A stretch of DNA of 64,000 bases from Raja brachyura (GCA_963514005.1 OY740826.1:2728001-2792000); one strand, 5' to 3'. Counted from the first letter of the stretch, positions 49,210 through 64,000 are shown. Numbers and translations: made by a program. The notes: a model not told the origin generated them from the sequence alone.

Positions 49210-50850
49210 AGTCTGTATCTGTATCTATATCTTGACGTATAATCACCACCTGTTTTGTTTTGTGGATCCCAGACCAGGAGCAATACTGAAGTTTGGGTCT
49301 TATCAGAGTCTTGCAGGCTATACACTTGGTTCTGTTCTTGCAACAATAAATATTTTTCTCCTGCAATCCCAGCATTCTGTTAGCCTTGGTGATTCTTTGG
49401 TTGATATGCATAGACCATTTAAAATCACTGCTAAGTTCCACTCACATGTAGGGATGATGTTTCACCTGTTCCTGGGTGGAGTGCCCAATCTTGTACTTCA
49501 TGGTAACCGGTTTCCTCCTGTGGGTGACTCTCATACTGAAGCACTTGGAAGAATTGAAAGACATATGCCAATCTCCTTACCATTTGAGTAAAGCATCAAG
49601 GTCTTGTTGGAATCACTCCGAATCTTCAACGGATTGCATTCTATTAAAGGGAACACAGTAATCCGCAAAGAGTCTAACCTTTGAGTGGACCTTTGAAGGC
49701 AGATCATTGATATATGCCAAAAATAGTAGGGTCCCAGGACTCTGCTCTGGGGAATCCCCGATGAAACTTTAGCACTGTTGGAAGAAACACCCTCCATCAC
49801 AACCGGTTTGGAAGGAAAGAATCAATCCGTTTCAATGCGTTGTTTCTAATTCCCATGTGGGGAAGTTTCATCAAAAGACGTCGGTGGGGCACGGAATCAA
49901 ATGCCTTACTGACGTCCATGATGATCAGGTACGCCTGGCCTTTATCATCCATTTTGAGTACAGGCTCCTCTTTTTACAAATGTTTCTCTTGATGGAATTA
50001 TTTATCCAGGGTAATTTCCATCTCAAGGAAGTCATTTTGGAGGGTATAAATTTGTCCATAGCATTCTGAAAAACCCGTTTAAATTCAGTCACCAGCTCAT
50101 TAACAGTCTTTGACTCAATGTAGTCAGAAGTCAACTTCCCACCGAAGTTCCTGAACCTGTCCCCGATGTCTTCAAACTTGGCTTTCTTGCAGAGAAAAAT
50201 CTTGCGCAAGGCTGGCCAGACTAACTTAGGTTCCACTGATACGTTCACAATCACTGCCTCGTGGTCGCTGATACCAGAAATTCTGATGGTGAGCTGATAC
50301 TCACTCTGATGGTGAGTTTTTGAAACACACATCAAGGATGTTAGGTCCAGTCAGTTCCTTCAAGTGCAATTTCCAACATTGCTTTACTAGTTCCAGCAGA
50401 AGATCCACCTTGATTAACTTGAAAATTTCCCAGTCCACGTCAGGAAGATTGAAATCTCCCAAGAGTCACACTGAAGCTTGAGGTGTGGTTATGACGTTGT
50501 TGACATAAAAGATAAATGGAACAAGCTCACCAGCATGTCTTTAGTGATCTTCAAAGGTGAATCAAAAAAGGAGTGACATGCCCAGTGATCCATATCCAAA
50601 ATGGTGGACGGTTGAGTTGTGTTGCTGACGAGATGTCTAAAGGCATAAAAATCTTCTTTAGATGCACATATTTCAAAACGGCCAATGTAAGGTGTAGAAT
50701 CCCCATGGTTGATTGATGTCCAGGCCAAAGTACAGCGAATAAAAATTCCATTTACTTCATAGAAAAGTTAAAGCTCACCAATTTACACACCAGAAAATAC
50801 AGTGGCTGAAATCAAAATGGCTGACGGTGAAAGTCACAACTCTACTGCGC
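49210..50850 (-). mobile_element. Degenerate, internally deleted CR1/L2-group LINE distinct from the dominant CR1 family
   Basis: LGDFNLPDVDW, GISDHEAVI, FIPSK...LPWINNSIKR, VSSGIPQSRVLGP and KANRMLG...LIRPKLQY motifs; (GATACA)n-like tail at about 49211-49232. Confidence 0.75.
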
Positions 50851-51204
50851 ACTGTCGAAAAATAACTCTAAGAAAAGTTAAAAGCATAGGCTTGAAGCGA
50901 TAAAATATCAATTTGTAAACTCAGGAAACATGGATGGCAAAAGATAATTGCTAAAGATTTGGATTAAAAATTTTCTCGCCACCTCGTTAGTACTGGTCGT
51001 TGGTACTTTAATCCCAAGTCTCATAGAAAATAGGTGCAGGTGGAGGCCATGTGACCCTTCAAGCCAGCACCGCCATTCATTGTGATCATGGCTGATCGTC
51101 CCCCTTCAATAACCCATGCCTGCCTTCTCCCCATATCCCTTGATTCCACTAGCCCCTAGAGCTCTAACTCTCTCTTAAATCCATCCAGTGATTTGGCCTC
51201 CACT

Positions 51205-51495
51205 TTTTCGAAGAAAGGATAAAGTTTCTCCGTAAATATATTCCCAGTGAAGGTGTGGAGTTGGGACTTGGTGTCCACATCGTAAAATTAAACTGTCTCG
51301 GACCTGTAACTGTGATAAACTCCCACCCTCCCGGGGATGGGACGGGCGGGGAGAAAGGGATGGAGGAGAGGTGAGTGCATCAAACTCGTCACCCTGCCGC
51401 CTGATGCTCCAGACTCCATCTCCGAGGTCAGTGTGACTCCTCTTCCTCTCCACAGACACTGCAGCGACTCCCAGACTCCAGTACTGACTTCCTGA
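51205..51495 (-). pseudogene. B30.2/PRY-SPRY (TRIM/butyrophilin-like) domain fragment
   Basis: WSLGVAAVSVERKR...GVWSI...FDALTSP, then after a frameshift RVGVYHSYRSETV*FYDVDTKSQLHTFTGNIFTEKLYPFF, which is a canonical SPRY C-terminus. Confidence 0.85.
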
Positions 51496-51724
51496 CAGTC
51501 TAAAGAGGGTCGGACATGCGGCTATGATACCTGTCCCTGGTCCCCAATTCACACAGGGGGTGGGAAACCATGGACCCATCCCTTATACGCCAGACTTCTC
51601 CACGCAAAGTATCATTATAAAGAGGGAAATACAGCAAGTGCCAATATTAATACTGTTTGAAAACAAATAATTACTCAAAGTAATTCAAAGGGAGAGAACT
51701 CCAGCGGTCCTAGACGACAACAAC

Positions 51725-52692
<968 letters not shown>

Positions 52693-52694
52693 AT

Positions 52695-54123
52695 TAGGCA
52701 TGTGCCGTGAGTAATAGATCAGGGTAGGATGTCAGTCGGCTTTTTAAAAAAAACTTAAACCGCCCATGCGCAGATTGTTCTCTCCGTAAAAATATTAAAT
52801 TAAATAAAGACAGTAACAATTCAATTTGCCCCAGGCTGCCAAGTCTCCTTTATTCTGAATTACTGAATGGGTGGGGGGTGAAGAGTGATGGCAGGTGGAG
52901 AGATGGTGGGAAAAAACGGGAGCACAGGGTAAAGTTGAATCAGTTGTCATCTTATTGAATGACAACACTTGGTCAAAGGACCAATTGGGGGACAGTTCCT
53001 TTCACAGCGTGTGGAGAGTCTGTGCCAGGGATAAAGTTGCGGGGAGGGCAGGAGTGTTGAGAAGGAGGGGGTCTGGGATAATGCCAGTAACTCACTCACC
53101 GCTGCTGCAGCGCTCCGGACGTGGAGCCACCGCATTGTAGCTGGGGATAGAATCACCTCAGGTGGCTGCGAGCGGCTGCCAGGACCCGACAGCAAAACCG
53201 GCCGCCACTTCAGCGCCTTCTGTCGGCTCGCTCATCTCTGGCAGTGCTTTCCGTCTGAACACCTCTCACCTGCCGCTCGCCGACTTCGCTCATGTCAGTC
53301 GCTTCCCGCAAATCCTTAAAGTCCCACAGCCGAGTAAACTCAAGCGTGCTATCGGTATTTAAGGTTTAGCGGGAAGCGACTGACATGAGTGAGGCCAGCG
53401 AGCGGCAGGAGAGAGGTTTTTAGATGGAGAGCTGCCAGAGATGAGCGGGGGCACGCAGAAGGCGCTGAAGTGGTGGCCGGTTCCGCTGTCCGGCCCGGCG
53501 GACACTCACAGCCACCCGAGCTACTTCTCCCCCCCCCCCCCCCCCGCCTCAATGTGGTGGCATTGCACGCCTCCATGCAAGGAGTGTTGCAAGAGGCATG
53601 ATCCCGACCCCCTCCTTCACAAGACTCCTGACCTCCCCGCAACTTTACCCCGGGGCAGACTCCATAAACGCTGTGAAAGGAACTCTTTCGCCCCCCAACC
53701 CCGGGAAATACGGTATTTAAAAACATATAGCACTAAGAAATGTACTTACCACATTATTGGTGCACAAACTCCATTCTTCTCTCTTTGTTTCCTAAGATAC
53801 TCTTTAGATAATGGTAATCCATATTTGAAAAACCCGCCAAGATACTAGCGCTGCGCATGCACAGGCAGAATTTCTGCTGCCTTCAGCTCCCCTTGAAATT
53901 GACGGTTTGAAGCAGTGCTGACGGCGCATGGGCTGCACAAATCTTCGTGTCTTACAAGTGCTGAGGGTGAAAGGCACGGAGAATTATGCCTACCTAAGAG
54001 ATCGATCTCTTAGACAGGCATAATTCTCCCATGCCTTTACTATTTATATTTAGTAATTATCATTTTATAATTTTAGTCAGGGTCGGCAGTGCCTACCTTG
54101 CCTACCCTAATGGCACGTGCCTG
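52695..54123. mobile_element. Putative non-autonomous TIR element (hAT-like ends) containing internal palindromes
   Basis: Left end TAGGCATGTGCCGT...CAGGGTAGG versus right end CCTACCCTAATGGCACGTGCCTG; no matching TSD found. Confidence 0.45.
52987..53697. repeat. Diverged inverted repeat with arms of about 335 bp and a spacer of about 37 bp
   Basis: For example CATGTCAGTCGCTTCCCGC (about 53291) versus GCGGGAAGCGACTGACATG (about 53369), and TTCCTTTCACAGCGT versus ACGCTGTGAAAGGAA. Confidence 0.88.
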
Positions 54124-56966
54124 GGGGGCAATGACTGTCGCGCTTCCAGTCCGGGGATCTTGCTGCGGGGAGGGAGCTTCACCATCACTGAGGTCAGGGA
54201 GGTGGGGGTGGGGGTGAGGGTGGGGCTTCTCCTGGTGGTGGATGTAATGTGCCCTGGCTCTCCGCTCCGGCTGACTAATGTGTACCGGAAGGCAGGCAGA
54301 GGGACGTGGAAGTTAAATGTGAAGCTGTTAACCCCAGAGTACATTGAGGAGCTAAAGAGGGACTATGCATGTTGGAGAATGGTGAGGCCCCTCTTTGACT
54401 CCCCGACACACTGGTGGGAAGCAACCCAGGAGAACATCAAGAGGTTCGTCATATTTAAAGGGGTTCACAGAGCAAGACTGGATTGTGTCAACTCCAGACA
54501 GATTTGTAGCAACTGCTCCTTCTGCAGTCGAGAGGGGGGAATGTGAGGGAGGGACCTAGAGAGTTGAAGGGCTGTAAAACTCTGCTCTTTACCTACGAAT
54601 CCTCCGAGATCATCTTCTGATGCAGGGTCCGCCACGTGGAGCAGGATGAGACATGCTCACGCTTCTGCTTCCATAAGGTTCACAGGGGGAGCGCTGTGAT
54701 CAACAGCCTTGGGGAGGAGGACGGCTCGGTAACATCCTTGCAGACGGACATGCTGATGATCTGCACATCCTTTTAGAAACATAGAAACATGGAAAATAGG
54801 TGCAGGAGGAGGCCATTCGGCCCTTCGAGCCAGCACCACCATTCATTGTCATCATGGCTGATCATCCCCTATCAATAACCCGTGCCTGCTTTCTCCCCAT
54901 ATCCCTTGACTCCACTAGCCACTTGCACTCTATCAAATAATCTATCTCTTCAATCCATCCAGTGACTTGGCCTCCAGTGCCCTCTGTGGCAGGGAATTCC
55001 ATGAATTCACAACTCTCAGGGTGAAAAAGTTTTTTCTCACCTCAGTCTTAAATGACCTCCCCTTTATTCTAAGAATGTGGCCCCTGGTTCTGGACTTACC
55101 CAACATTGGGAACGTTTTTCCTGCATCTAGCTTGACCAGTCCTTTTATAATTTTTATACGTTTCCATAAGAACCCCCTCATCCTTCTAAAATCCAGTGAA
55201 TACAAGCCTAGTCTTTTCAATCTTTCCTCGTATGACAGTCCCGCCATCCCAGGAATCAATCTCGTGAACCTACGCTGCACTGCCTTAATCACAAGGATGT
55301 CCTTCCTCAAATTAAGAGACCAAAACTGTACACAATACTCCAGATGTGGTCTCACCAGAGCCCTATACAACTGCAGAAGAATCTCTTTACTCCTATACTG
55401 AAATCCTCTTGTTATGAAGGCCAACATTCCATTAGCTTTCTTCACTGCCTGCTGTACCTGCAAGTCAACTTTCAGTGACCGGTGTACAAGGATGCCCAGG
55501 TCTCAATGCACCTCCCCCTTACCTAACCCCATTGAGATAATAATCTGCCACCTTGTTTTTGCCGTCAAAGTGGGTAACCTCACATTTATCTATATTATAC
55601 TGCATCTGTCACGTATCTGCCCTCTCACTCAACCTGTCCAGATCACCCTGCAGGTTCTATGGATTTGTGCGACAGTAAGGCCACAGCCAGCACTGCCTCC
55701 CAGAACTTCCTGTCCTCTTTCACGGAGGTCTTGGAGGACTGAGTCTGAACCAACAACTAACCCTAACTGGTTCCATCCGTTCCGTTGACTCAGGTAAAAC
55801 TCCCAGAAGCGATGGTTTACCGGCCGAGTTGTACTCGGCTCTGTGGGACTGGGTGGGCCTGGACCTGCTGGAAGTGTACAATGACATGCTTCTAACCGGC
55901 AGCATGTCAGACTCTATGAGGAAGGGCAACATCACCCTAATCTACAGCAGAAGGGGAAATGAATGATTTAAGGAATTGGAGACCCATCACATTATTGAAT
56001 GTTGATTACAAGATCCTGGATAAGGCCATTGCCAACTGGGTCAAGTCTGCCCTGGGACGGGTGATCCACCCAAACGAAACCTGTGCTGTACCTGGCAGAA
56101 ACATCGCAGACAGCCTGAGAGATACCATTGCCTACATGCAGGATAGACAGGTAGATGCCTGCCTAGTCAGCTTGGACCAGGAGAAGGCCTTCGACAGGCC
56201 ATTGCACACGTACATGAAACAACGTGCTCTCCAAAATGGGCGTCGGGGAGAGAATCAGGAATTGGATTCAACTGCTCTACACCGATATCTGTAGTGCAGT
56301 CCAAATCAATGGGTGGGAATCAGACAGCTTCCCCGTCAGGTCTGGAGTCAGGCAAGGTTGCCCTCTCTCCCCTGTCTTGTTCGTCTGTTGTATTAAACCT
56401 TTTTTCGAGTCCATCAGGAAGGATGCGAGCATAAGAGGAGTGACATTGCCAGGCAGTGGGGGCACTCGGGTCAAAACCTCCCAGTACATGTATGATGTCG
56501 CCGTCTTCTGCTTGGATCCAGGGTTGGCCCGCAGATTGATTAGCATCTGCGACCAGTTTGCGTCGGCCACGGGTGCCAGGGTGAACCGCAGGAAGAGTGT
56601 GTCCTTACTCTTTGCAAACTGGCCTGACCGTTCTTCCATCCCCTTCACCATCAAGCCTGAAGCGGCTGGGGATCTGGTTCGAGGGGGCTGAGGCATGTGA
56701 CAAGATTTTGCTGGAGCGGATAGCCAAGGTTGGGAAGAAACTGGAGCTGTGGAAGAAACGCTCCCTCTCTATAACGGGAAAGAACTTGGTCATCAGGTGT
56801 GAGGTGCTCTTGGGAGCTGCTGAACTGGCGCAAGTGTGGCCTGTTCCTCCCTCCTACGCCACAAGGATCACCCGGGCCGTCTTCCAGTTCATCCGGGGGT
56901 CGATGATGGACCGGGTGCGACGGGCCACAATACACAATTTGGCAGAAAAAGGGGGTAAAAGTCTCC
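54124..56966 (+). mobile_element. Tx1-clade L1-like LINE ORF2 fragments, interrupted by CR1
   Basis: GRGTWKLNVKLL...WWE, DLRNWRPITLLNVDYKIL, SLDQEKAFDR, GVRQGCPLSP, YMYDV and LSITGKNLVI. Confidence 0.85.
54775..55650 (-). mobile_element. CR1 3' fragment inserted in the Tx1 element
   Basis: ORF 54942..55463 QVQQAVKKANGML...LVRPHLEYCVQFW; CATAGAAA tail at about 54775-54797. Confidence 0.9.
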
Positions 56967-59900
56967 CAGTGGTGCTATGGAGGGCTAGAGACCAGCGCCA
57001 GCTAGCTCCATGAAAAAATCGCTAAAAACGGGGAGAAAAACGGACCTACCTGCTGTTTTTGCCTACAACGCGTGAGTGACGTCATCAGGCGTGCGACTCT
57101 GTTATGTCTATGCAGCATACCCCCCCCCCCAGGAAACCGAAACGGGTTGCTAAGCAGAAAATGGCACCGGAAGAACAAGGCCCGACTGAAGCCTCGGGCT
57201 CAGGTACAACGTCGTCCCAGGAAGATGTCTCGAAGAAACCAAAGCCCAAAAAATCTGAGCTAGAAGATCTTCGGATTTTTCTATCTCAGGAAATTAAAAA
57301 TATAAAGGAAGAACTAAAGAAAGTGAATGTTAAAGAATAAATTCAAAACTTCAAGGAAGAGTTTAAGGAGTTTAAGTTGGAAATGACGGAAGAAATGAAC
57401 TCCTTCGTCCTTGAATTTTTGGAAAAATGGAAGAATGAAACAGAAGCAAAGCTGAACCAGCAAATTACAGAGATGGATGTGGAGATGGAAGTTGCAATCA
57501 AGTCAGTGGAGTCTAGTTTTAACGAAAGGCTGGATCCTGTCGAGGAATCACTGAATCAACAGGCTGTAGCCATAACCAATTAAGAGGAGATTGCTGCAAC
57601 AAGTGCTGATACAACAAAACAGCTTATCAGAGAAACCCAGCGTTTATCAGAGCTACTGAGCAAAATAACTGAAAAATGCACTGAGCTGGATGGACGTCAG
57701 AGGCGTCAGAACGTAAGAATCGTCGGCATTCAAGAAGGGAGAGAGGGGAAACGAGACCCCCGCGAATTCGCTGCAGACTTACTGCAAAAAGTCTTAAATT
57801 TGGATCAAAAGTCTCTGTTAGCTCGAGCACACAGAGTGATGAGATGTCGCCCCTGGGTGGATGCCCCACCAAGACAAATGACAGTAAAGGTGCAATATGA
57901 CCATGTACTGAAGGAGATGATGAAAAAAAATTGTCCGTACCAGGAATCTCATATAAGAGGGAGATAAGATCAGTATTTACCGAGATTATCCTGTGAAGGT
58001 TCCAGGAAGAGAGCGCTGTTTAAAGAGACAAAAAGAATACTGAAGGATGTGAAAGATCTGAAGTATGGTCTGATGTACCCGGCTACACTAAGAGTTACAA
58101 TAAGAATGAACATATCTTTACTAACCCTGTGGATGGATTGGAGTTCACCCAGAAGATCAAGAATCTGCCTGATGACTGATGATTATCTACAAAATAAATG
58201 ACGCCAACGAACAATGTAACTTTGTAAGATCGGATGGAATTAAGGACCTGTTATACCTAAGGACAATCGTAACTGAAGAAGGATGCTGAATAAGGCGTTT
58301 CCCATGGACGTTACACTCATAGCTACTATTATAATAATATTAACATAAATAACTAACAAATACTAATATCATTGCGTGGTACTATTAATAATAATTATTA
58401 CTAATGGTCACTAATTATTTACAATTGAATTACTTAGAATTAGCTAAACGGTAATTATGAGTGCGGTTGGATTTAAAATTTGATTTCACTTTGTCCCTTT
58501 TTAAAAATATATATTTTTTAATATATATATATTTGACTAATGGAATTTGAATACTTTGGAACCTAAAATGTTCCCCATCCCCCCGGTAAAATATCGCTAT
58601 GGAAATTTCAATTTAAAGAGAGCATGGAGCTAGTCAAGTTTTTTTTTTTTACATCGACTACGGAAGTCGGTAGATGGTTAGCCAATGCTAGTATGGCTAT
58701 CACTAACTACACTACTTATAGATGTAGTTTTTCTTTCTTTTTGCACTTTACTAACCTCTTAATCTATCCCTTTTTTTATATAATACTTTATTATAATTTT
58801 AAGTTTGAATGGAGTTATAAGTTTTATCAAAGGAGATATATACGTGCGAAAGATCAACTGGATTTAAAATTAATCTATCTGATGTTCGGGTGTAATGTCG
58901 GGCTTGTCGAGCTGAACCATTTGCTCTTTTATAGACCTCCCTAAACAAAAGATGCAAGACTCAAATATGAAGATTGGGGGTGAAGGAATAATATTTTGCA
59001 GCTGGAACGTTAAGGGTATTAACGAACCAATTAAGAGAGGTAAAGTATTAGCACATTTAAAAGCACTTAAAACAGATGTAATATTCCTCCAAGAAACTCA
59101 CCTAAAAAAGGTTGCAGAACATAGATTGAAAGCTAAATAGATTGATAAAGCGTATCATTCTTCATTTACACATAAATCCAGAGGTGTTGCAATACTAATC
59201 CGTAAAGGGATACCTTTTAAACATATATCAACTATAACGGACAGTGATGGTAGATACATTATATTAATAGGTGAATTATATGCACAAAAATTGGCTCTTA
59301 TTAATGTTTATGGACCAAATTTTGATAGTCCTTTGTTTTTTAAGAAAATATTTAATACAATTCCGGAATTAGCACAACACAATTTAATAATTGGAGGAGA
59401 CTTAAATTGTACATTAGATCCCTATTTAGATAGGTCATCAAGACAACGGAAAACAAAATCGCACTCCAGTGACTTATTAAACGCATATATAGATACTAGT
59501 AATATCAAAGATGTTTGGAGAATAGAAAACCCAACTGGATGAGAATATTCATTTTATTCACCGGTACATAAAACATATTCAAGAATAGATTATTTTTTAG
59601 TGGATTCTAAGCTTATTCCATTTACTTATAATTCGAAATACCACAATATTAAAATTTCGGATCATGCCCCTTTAACATTTATGATTAAAATAAATGGAAG
59701 GACGGAGAAACAGGTACAATGGGAACTTAACCCACAAATTTTAAAGGAAAAGGCATCTCAGGAATATCTTACTAAACAGATTAACACGTTCTTTGAAATA
59801 AATGATAACCCTGAGACATCTGCCTCCTTACTATGGGAAACATTTAAAGCATTTACTCGTGGAACCATGATCTCCTCCCAAGCATTTCATAATAAAAAGA

Positions 59901-62900
59901 ATCGGGTGATACAACAGGCATTGGAAAGGGAAATTGAACAATTAGACATAGAGAAAGCATCTACACCAACCATGATAAAACACAATAAAATTGCTGTATT
60001 GAAATATAAATAAAATAAAATATATTCAGACCAAGTTGTAAAATTTTATCAATATACTAAACAATTACATTTTGAATTTGGAGATAAACCTAAAAAATTA
60101 TTGGCTCGTCAATTATGGAAACTGGACAGGGAAAAAAACAATTCATAGGATTAAATCAGACAAAGGAGAACCACTCGTACAACCTAAGGACATTAATGAG
60201 AGATTTCTGCAATGCTATCGAAACCTTTATTCTGCTAAAACTATAGATCACCGGCCAGGTATAGAAGCATTCTTACAAAAATGCAATCTTAAAGGGTTAG
60301 ATTTGAAAGATAGAGAATTATTAGACACTGAAATAACAGTAAAATAAATTGAAGAGTCTATCAGATCTCTAAAAAATGGTAAATCCCCAGGACCAGATGG
60401 CATTCGCTCGGAATTTTATAAAACATTCTATGACCTGATCGTTCCACGTTTAAAGACATTGTATGAACATATCTATACCCAACAGAAATTACCAGAAACG
60501 CTAAATGAATCTATTATAACACTTATACCAAAAATAGATAAGGATCTGGAGGATCCAGGATCATATATAGCTATAGCTCTTCTAAATACTGATCAAAAAA
60601 TATTAACTAAAATCCTAGCACAAAGATTAAGTACAGTGATTAATAAATTAATACACCCGGATCAAACAGGATTTATACCAAAACGGTATTCCTCATATAC
60701 CTGAGATGATTATTCAATATTATATACTCAAAAATAAGTATTAACAAAGACCTAGCAATTATTTTGTTAGATGCTGAGAAAGCTTCGACCAAGTGGAATG
60801 GCCCTATTTATTTTCGGTAATGGAAACTTTTCAACTGAGCGAGAAGTTTAGTACATGGGTAAAACTTTTATATACTAATCCAACAGCTCGAATATCAACA
60901 AATCAAATGCTATCAACTAAATTTAACTTATCTCGAGGCTGTAGATAAGGATGTCCGTTATCTCCGCTATTATTTGCACTTGTAATAGAACCATTGGCAG
61001 AAAGCGTGAGGTCCCATCCTGAAATATATGTGTATAAAACCAAAGATACTGAAAATAAAATCTCCTTATATGGAGACGATGTATTCATTTACATCACAAA
61101 ACCTGAAGTTAGTATCCCTAACTTATTAAATTTAATAATTCAATATGGCTCGTTTTCAGGATACAGAATTAATTGGAATAAAAGTGAAATCATGCCAATA
61201 ATGGAAAGTAACCCACATATATTACAACAATTCCCTTTTAAAATAGTAAATGAAAAACTCAAATATCTTGGAATTTATGTAACAAAGAGATATACTTCTT
61301 TATTTAAATCTAATTTTCCGCCTTTATTGAACAAATTACATAAGAATATTTTATATTGGAAAACATTACCTATTTCAATGTTGGGTAGAATTAATGCGAT
61401 AAAAATGATCTTTCTCCCGCAATTATTGTACCTCGTTCAATTAATCCCGATATATCTCTCAAAAACTTTTTTAAAAAGGTTGACTCTATAGTCACCAACT
61501 TTATCTGGGATTATAAGAACCACAGAATAAACAAAAAACACTTATGTAAATCAAAAATAAATGGAGGTTTAGCACTACCGAATTTTATGTTTTATTTTTG
61601 GGCAGTTAATATTAAAAATATGAATTTTTGGTTGGAAGAATTGGATAAACAACCAGATTGGTTAAAAATGGAAAAGGAAGACTGTTTACCTTTTGAAATT
61701 GGGTCGATTTTATTTGGTATTACTAAATTAAGCAAAAAAACCTATAAAGAAAACCCTATAATAGACAGTGGAATACGTATCTGGAAACAATTAAAGAAGA
61801 CACTAACATTGAATAGTTTACCACTATCTCTTCCCATTGTAAACAATGCTACATTTAAACCCTCAATGATGGATAAAGGTTTTTTACAATGGAAAAACCA
61901 TGGAATTACAAAGATGGGCGATCTCTATAGGGAACGTTCATTTCTTTCATTTCAGGAATTACAACAAATTAATGGGCTTCATTCAACAGACTACTTTAGA
62001 TATTTACAAATTAGTGACTTTGCTACGTCAAATACACAGGACTACAGAAATAGAAAGACAGAAATTCTTGATGAATGTTTGAATAAACACCCGAACACAG
62101 AAAAATTGATATCTTATATTTATAATATTCTATTAGATAATGATGCACCCATGACGGAAATATATAGGCAATCATGGGAAAATGAACTAGATCAAATAAT
62201 AAGGCCAGAAATATGGGATGAAAGCTTACAACATATACATCACTGTTCGTTAAATGCTAGACATTTTTTTTTTTTTAATATATATTTTTATTAGAGGCCA
62301 TACGTATTACAAATAATATGATAATTTTTTCAGATATACATATTACATCTTTCCAAAATTATATAAATATTACCAAGCCATATATATAGGCCTCAACTTT
62401 TTTTAATAGTGTGAAAAAGAAAAAAACAGAATAAAGAAAGAATAGAGAATAATTTAAAGAGTGTGATTATAATTTAGATTAGAAGAGAAAAAGAGAAAGA
62501 GAAAAAAAAAGGAAAAAACATATAACTAATAAACAATTATTATACTTTAAAGATTAAAAAAACAGTACACATCTTAACAATGAATGGAACAATTTCTAAT
62601 TATAATATACGGAGACAACTATATAAAGCTCAGATTAAACCTTTTTGTTTGATCTTATCACCTGGTACTTATTGAGTTTCAATGCCGAGCCCAGCTACCC
62701 CTTCATATAATCAGTGAATGGAGACCATATTTGTTCAAAAAGCTCGTGTTTATCCATTAGGATAAACCTAATTCTCTCCAATTGCAACGTCTCCAACATT
62801 TCCACTGTCCACATTTTAATTGTAGGGGATAATGGTCCCTTCCAAAATTTTAATATTAATTTTTTTCCAATTATTAAACAATAATCCAGAAAGTTTCTTT

Positions 62901-64000
62901 GATTTGCTGTTAATGTTTGATTTGAATCTGAAACACCAAATATTATTAATTTTGGGTCAGGGATTAATGTGATCTTAAGAACTATGGAAATAATTTTGAA
63001 AAGCTCAGTCCAATAACTATTAAGTTTTGTACATATTACAAAACTATGAGTTAAATCAGCTTCTATGTGCTGACATTTATCACACAATGGTGATATATTA
63101 GGAAAAATTCTATTTAATTTCTTTTTTGAGTAATATAATCTATGTAATACTTTGAATTGTATCAAAATATGTCTGGCATTTAACGAACAGCGATGAATTC
63201 GTTGTAAGCTTTCTTCCCAAAAATCTTCTGATATCGGTAAAACCAGTTTCATTTTCGCATTTTTGTCGAAATGATTCAGTTGTTGGTATTTCACTGTCCA
63301 AAAGAATGTTATATATATATGCTATTAATTTTTCTGTGTTTGGATGCTTATTAAGTACTTCATCCAGTAAACCTGGATCTCTATTTCTGTAATCTAGCGT
63401 ATTTAATTTGACATAATCTCTGATTTGTATCTAAATAAATTATTTGCTTGCAATCCATAAATCTCTTTCAACTCCTGAAATGAGAGAAATTTCCCATTCC
63501 TGTAAAGATGTTCTATCCTTATTATTCCTAAATTTTTCCAATGTCTAAACCCCACATCCAATGTCGAGGGCTTAAACAGAGGATTATTCATAATTGGTAA
63601 ACAAAGCGGCATAGTTTCTAAATGTAAAGTCTTAACGATTTGTTTCCAAATACGTATATTATTTAAAATTATAGGATTTTCTTATATTATAAGACATTCT
63701 GTGATACAATTTAAAGTATTTCACAGATTGCACTATTCAAAAACCAAATTAAACAGAATTTTCCCATGCGTATCACCTATCTGTGATAAATGTCAACACT
63801 TAGAGGCTAATCTAACGCACACATTTGTAAGCTGTATAAAAAAATAATCATTTTTGGACGGAAATTTTTAAGATAATTTCGGAAGTCGTCAATACCAAAT
63901 TGGTTCCTGATTCAAAATTAATAATATTAGGAATACTAGAACAAAATCAATTATTTACAACGAACCAAAGAACCTTTATCGATTATAGTTTAATAATTGG
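56967..64000 (+). mobile_element. Near full-length decayed L1 LINE, running off the window end
   Basis: Coiled-coil ORF1 remnants (about 57160-58180; RQRRQNVRIVGIQEG) and an AT-rich spacer. ORF2 from 58952 has SWNVKGIN, FLQETHL, SDHAP, LIHPDQTGFIP, GCPLSPLLF, LYGDD and LGRINAIKM, with many stops and frameshifts. Confidence 0.92.
62266..63691 (-). mobile_element. 5'-truncated L1 inserted antisense into the larger L1
   Basis: Poly-T at about 62264-62277; ORFs 62695..63294 and 63403..63612; TSD AGACATT at 62259-62265 and 63692-63698. The host frame resumes NARHSVIQFKVFHRLHYSK. Confidence 0.9.

Overview
Eukaryotic, repeat-dense DNA. The repeat families (CR1 with (CATAGAAA)n tails, tRNA-derived SINEs with (TAAAC)n tails, Penelope, Rex1/Babar, DIRS, Tc1, L1/Tx1) point to a cartilaginous fish, probably a skate or ray (inference). 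Host-gene content is sparse, all on the minus strand, and split into short exons. (1) The 5' end of a Siglec/MAG/CD22-like gene: a candidate non-coding exon at about 7.36-7.45 kb with an octamer/ETS promoter, a signal-peptide exon at 2439-2520 and a V-set exon at 534-899. A tandem duplicate of the promoter has lost both its splice donor and its octamer. (2) A PRDM9-type ancestral KRAB exon (33644-33767), apparently fed by a CpG-rich promoter full of E2F and E-box motifs at about 43.8 kb, with no SET domain visible. (3) Two decayed C2H2 zinc-finger exons (48.6-49.1 kb, starting with a PRDM9-like post-SET finger, and 52.2-52.7 kb). (4) A decayed B30.2/SPRY exon. Mobile elements include a near full-length CR1, a Tc1 carrying a near-intact DIRS, a second DIRS, a non-autonomous Helitron and nested L1/Tx1 elements. 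There are also five copies of a TAG...CTA DNA transposon with 7-bp target-site duplications, which twice inserted into itself. The best 'system' candidate is a PRDM9-derived KRAB/zinc-finger birth-and-death cluster in a chondrichthyan. All calls were made by eye; no database searches were run.
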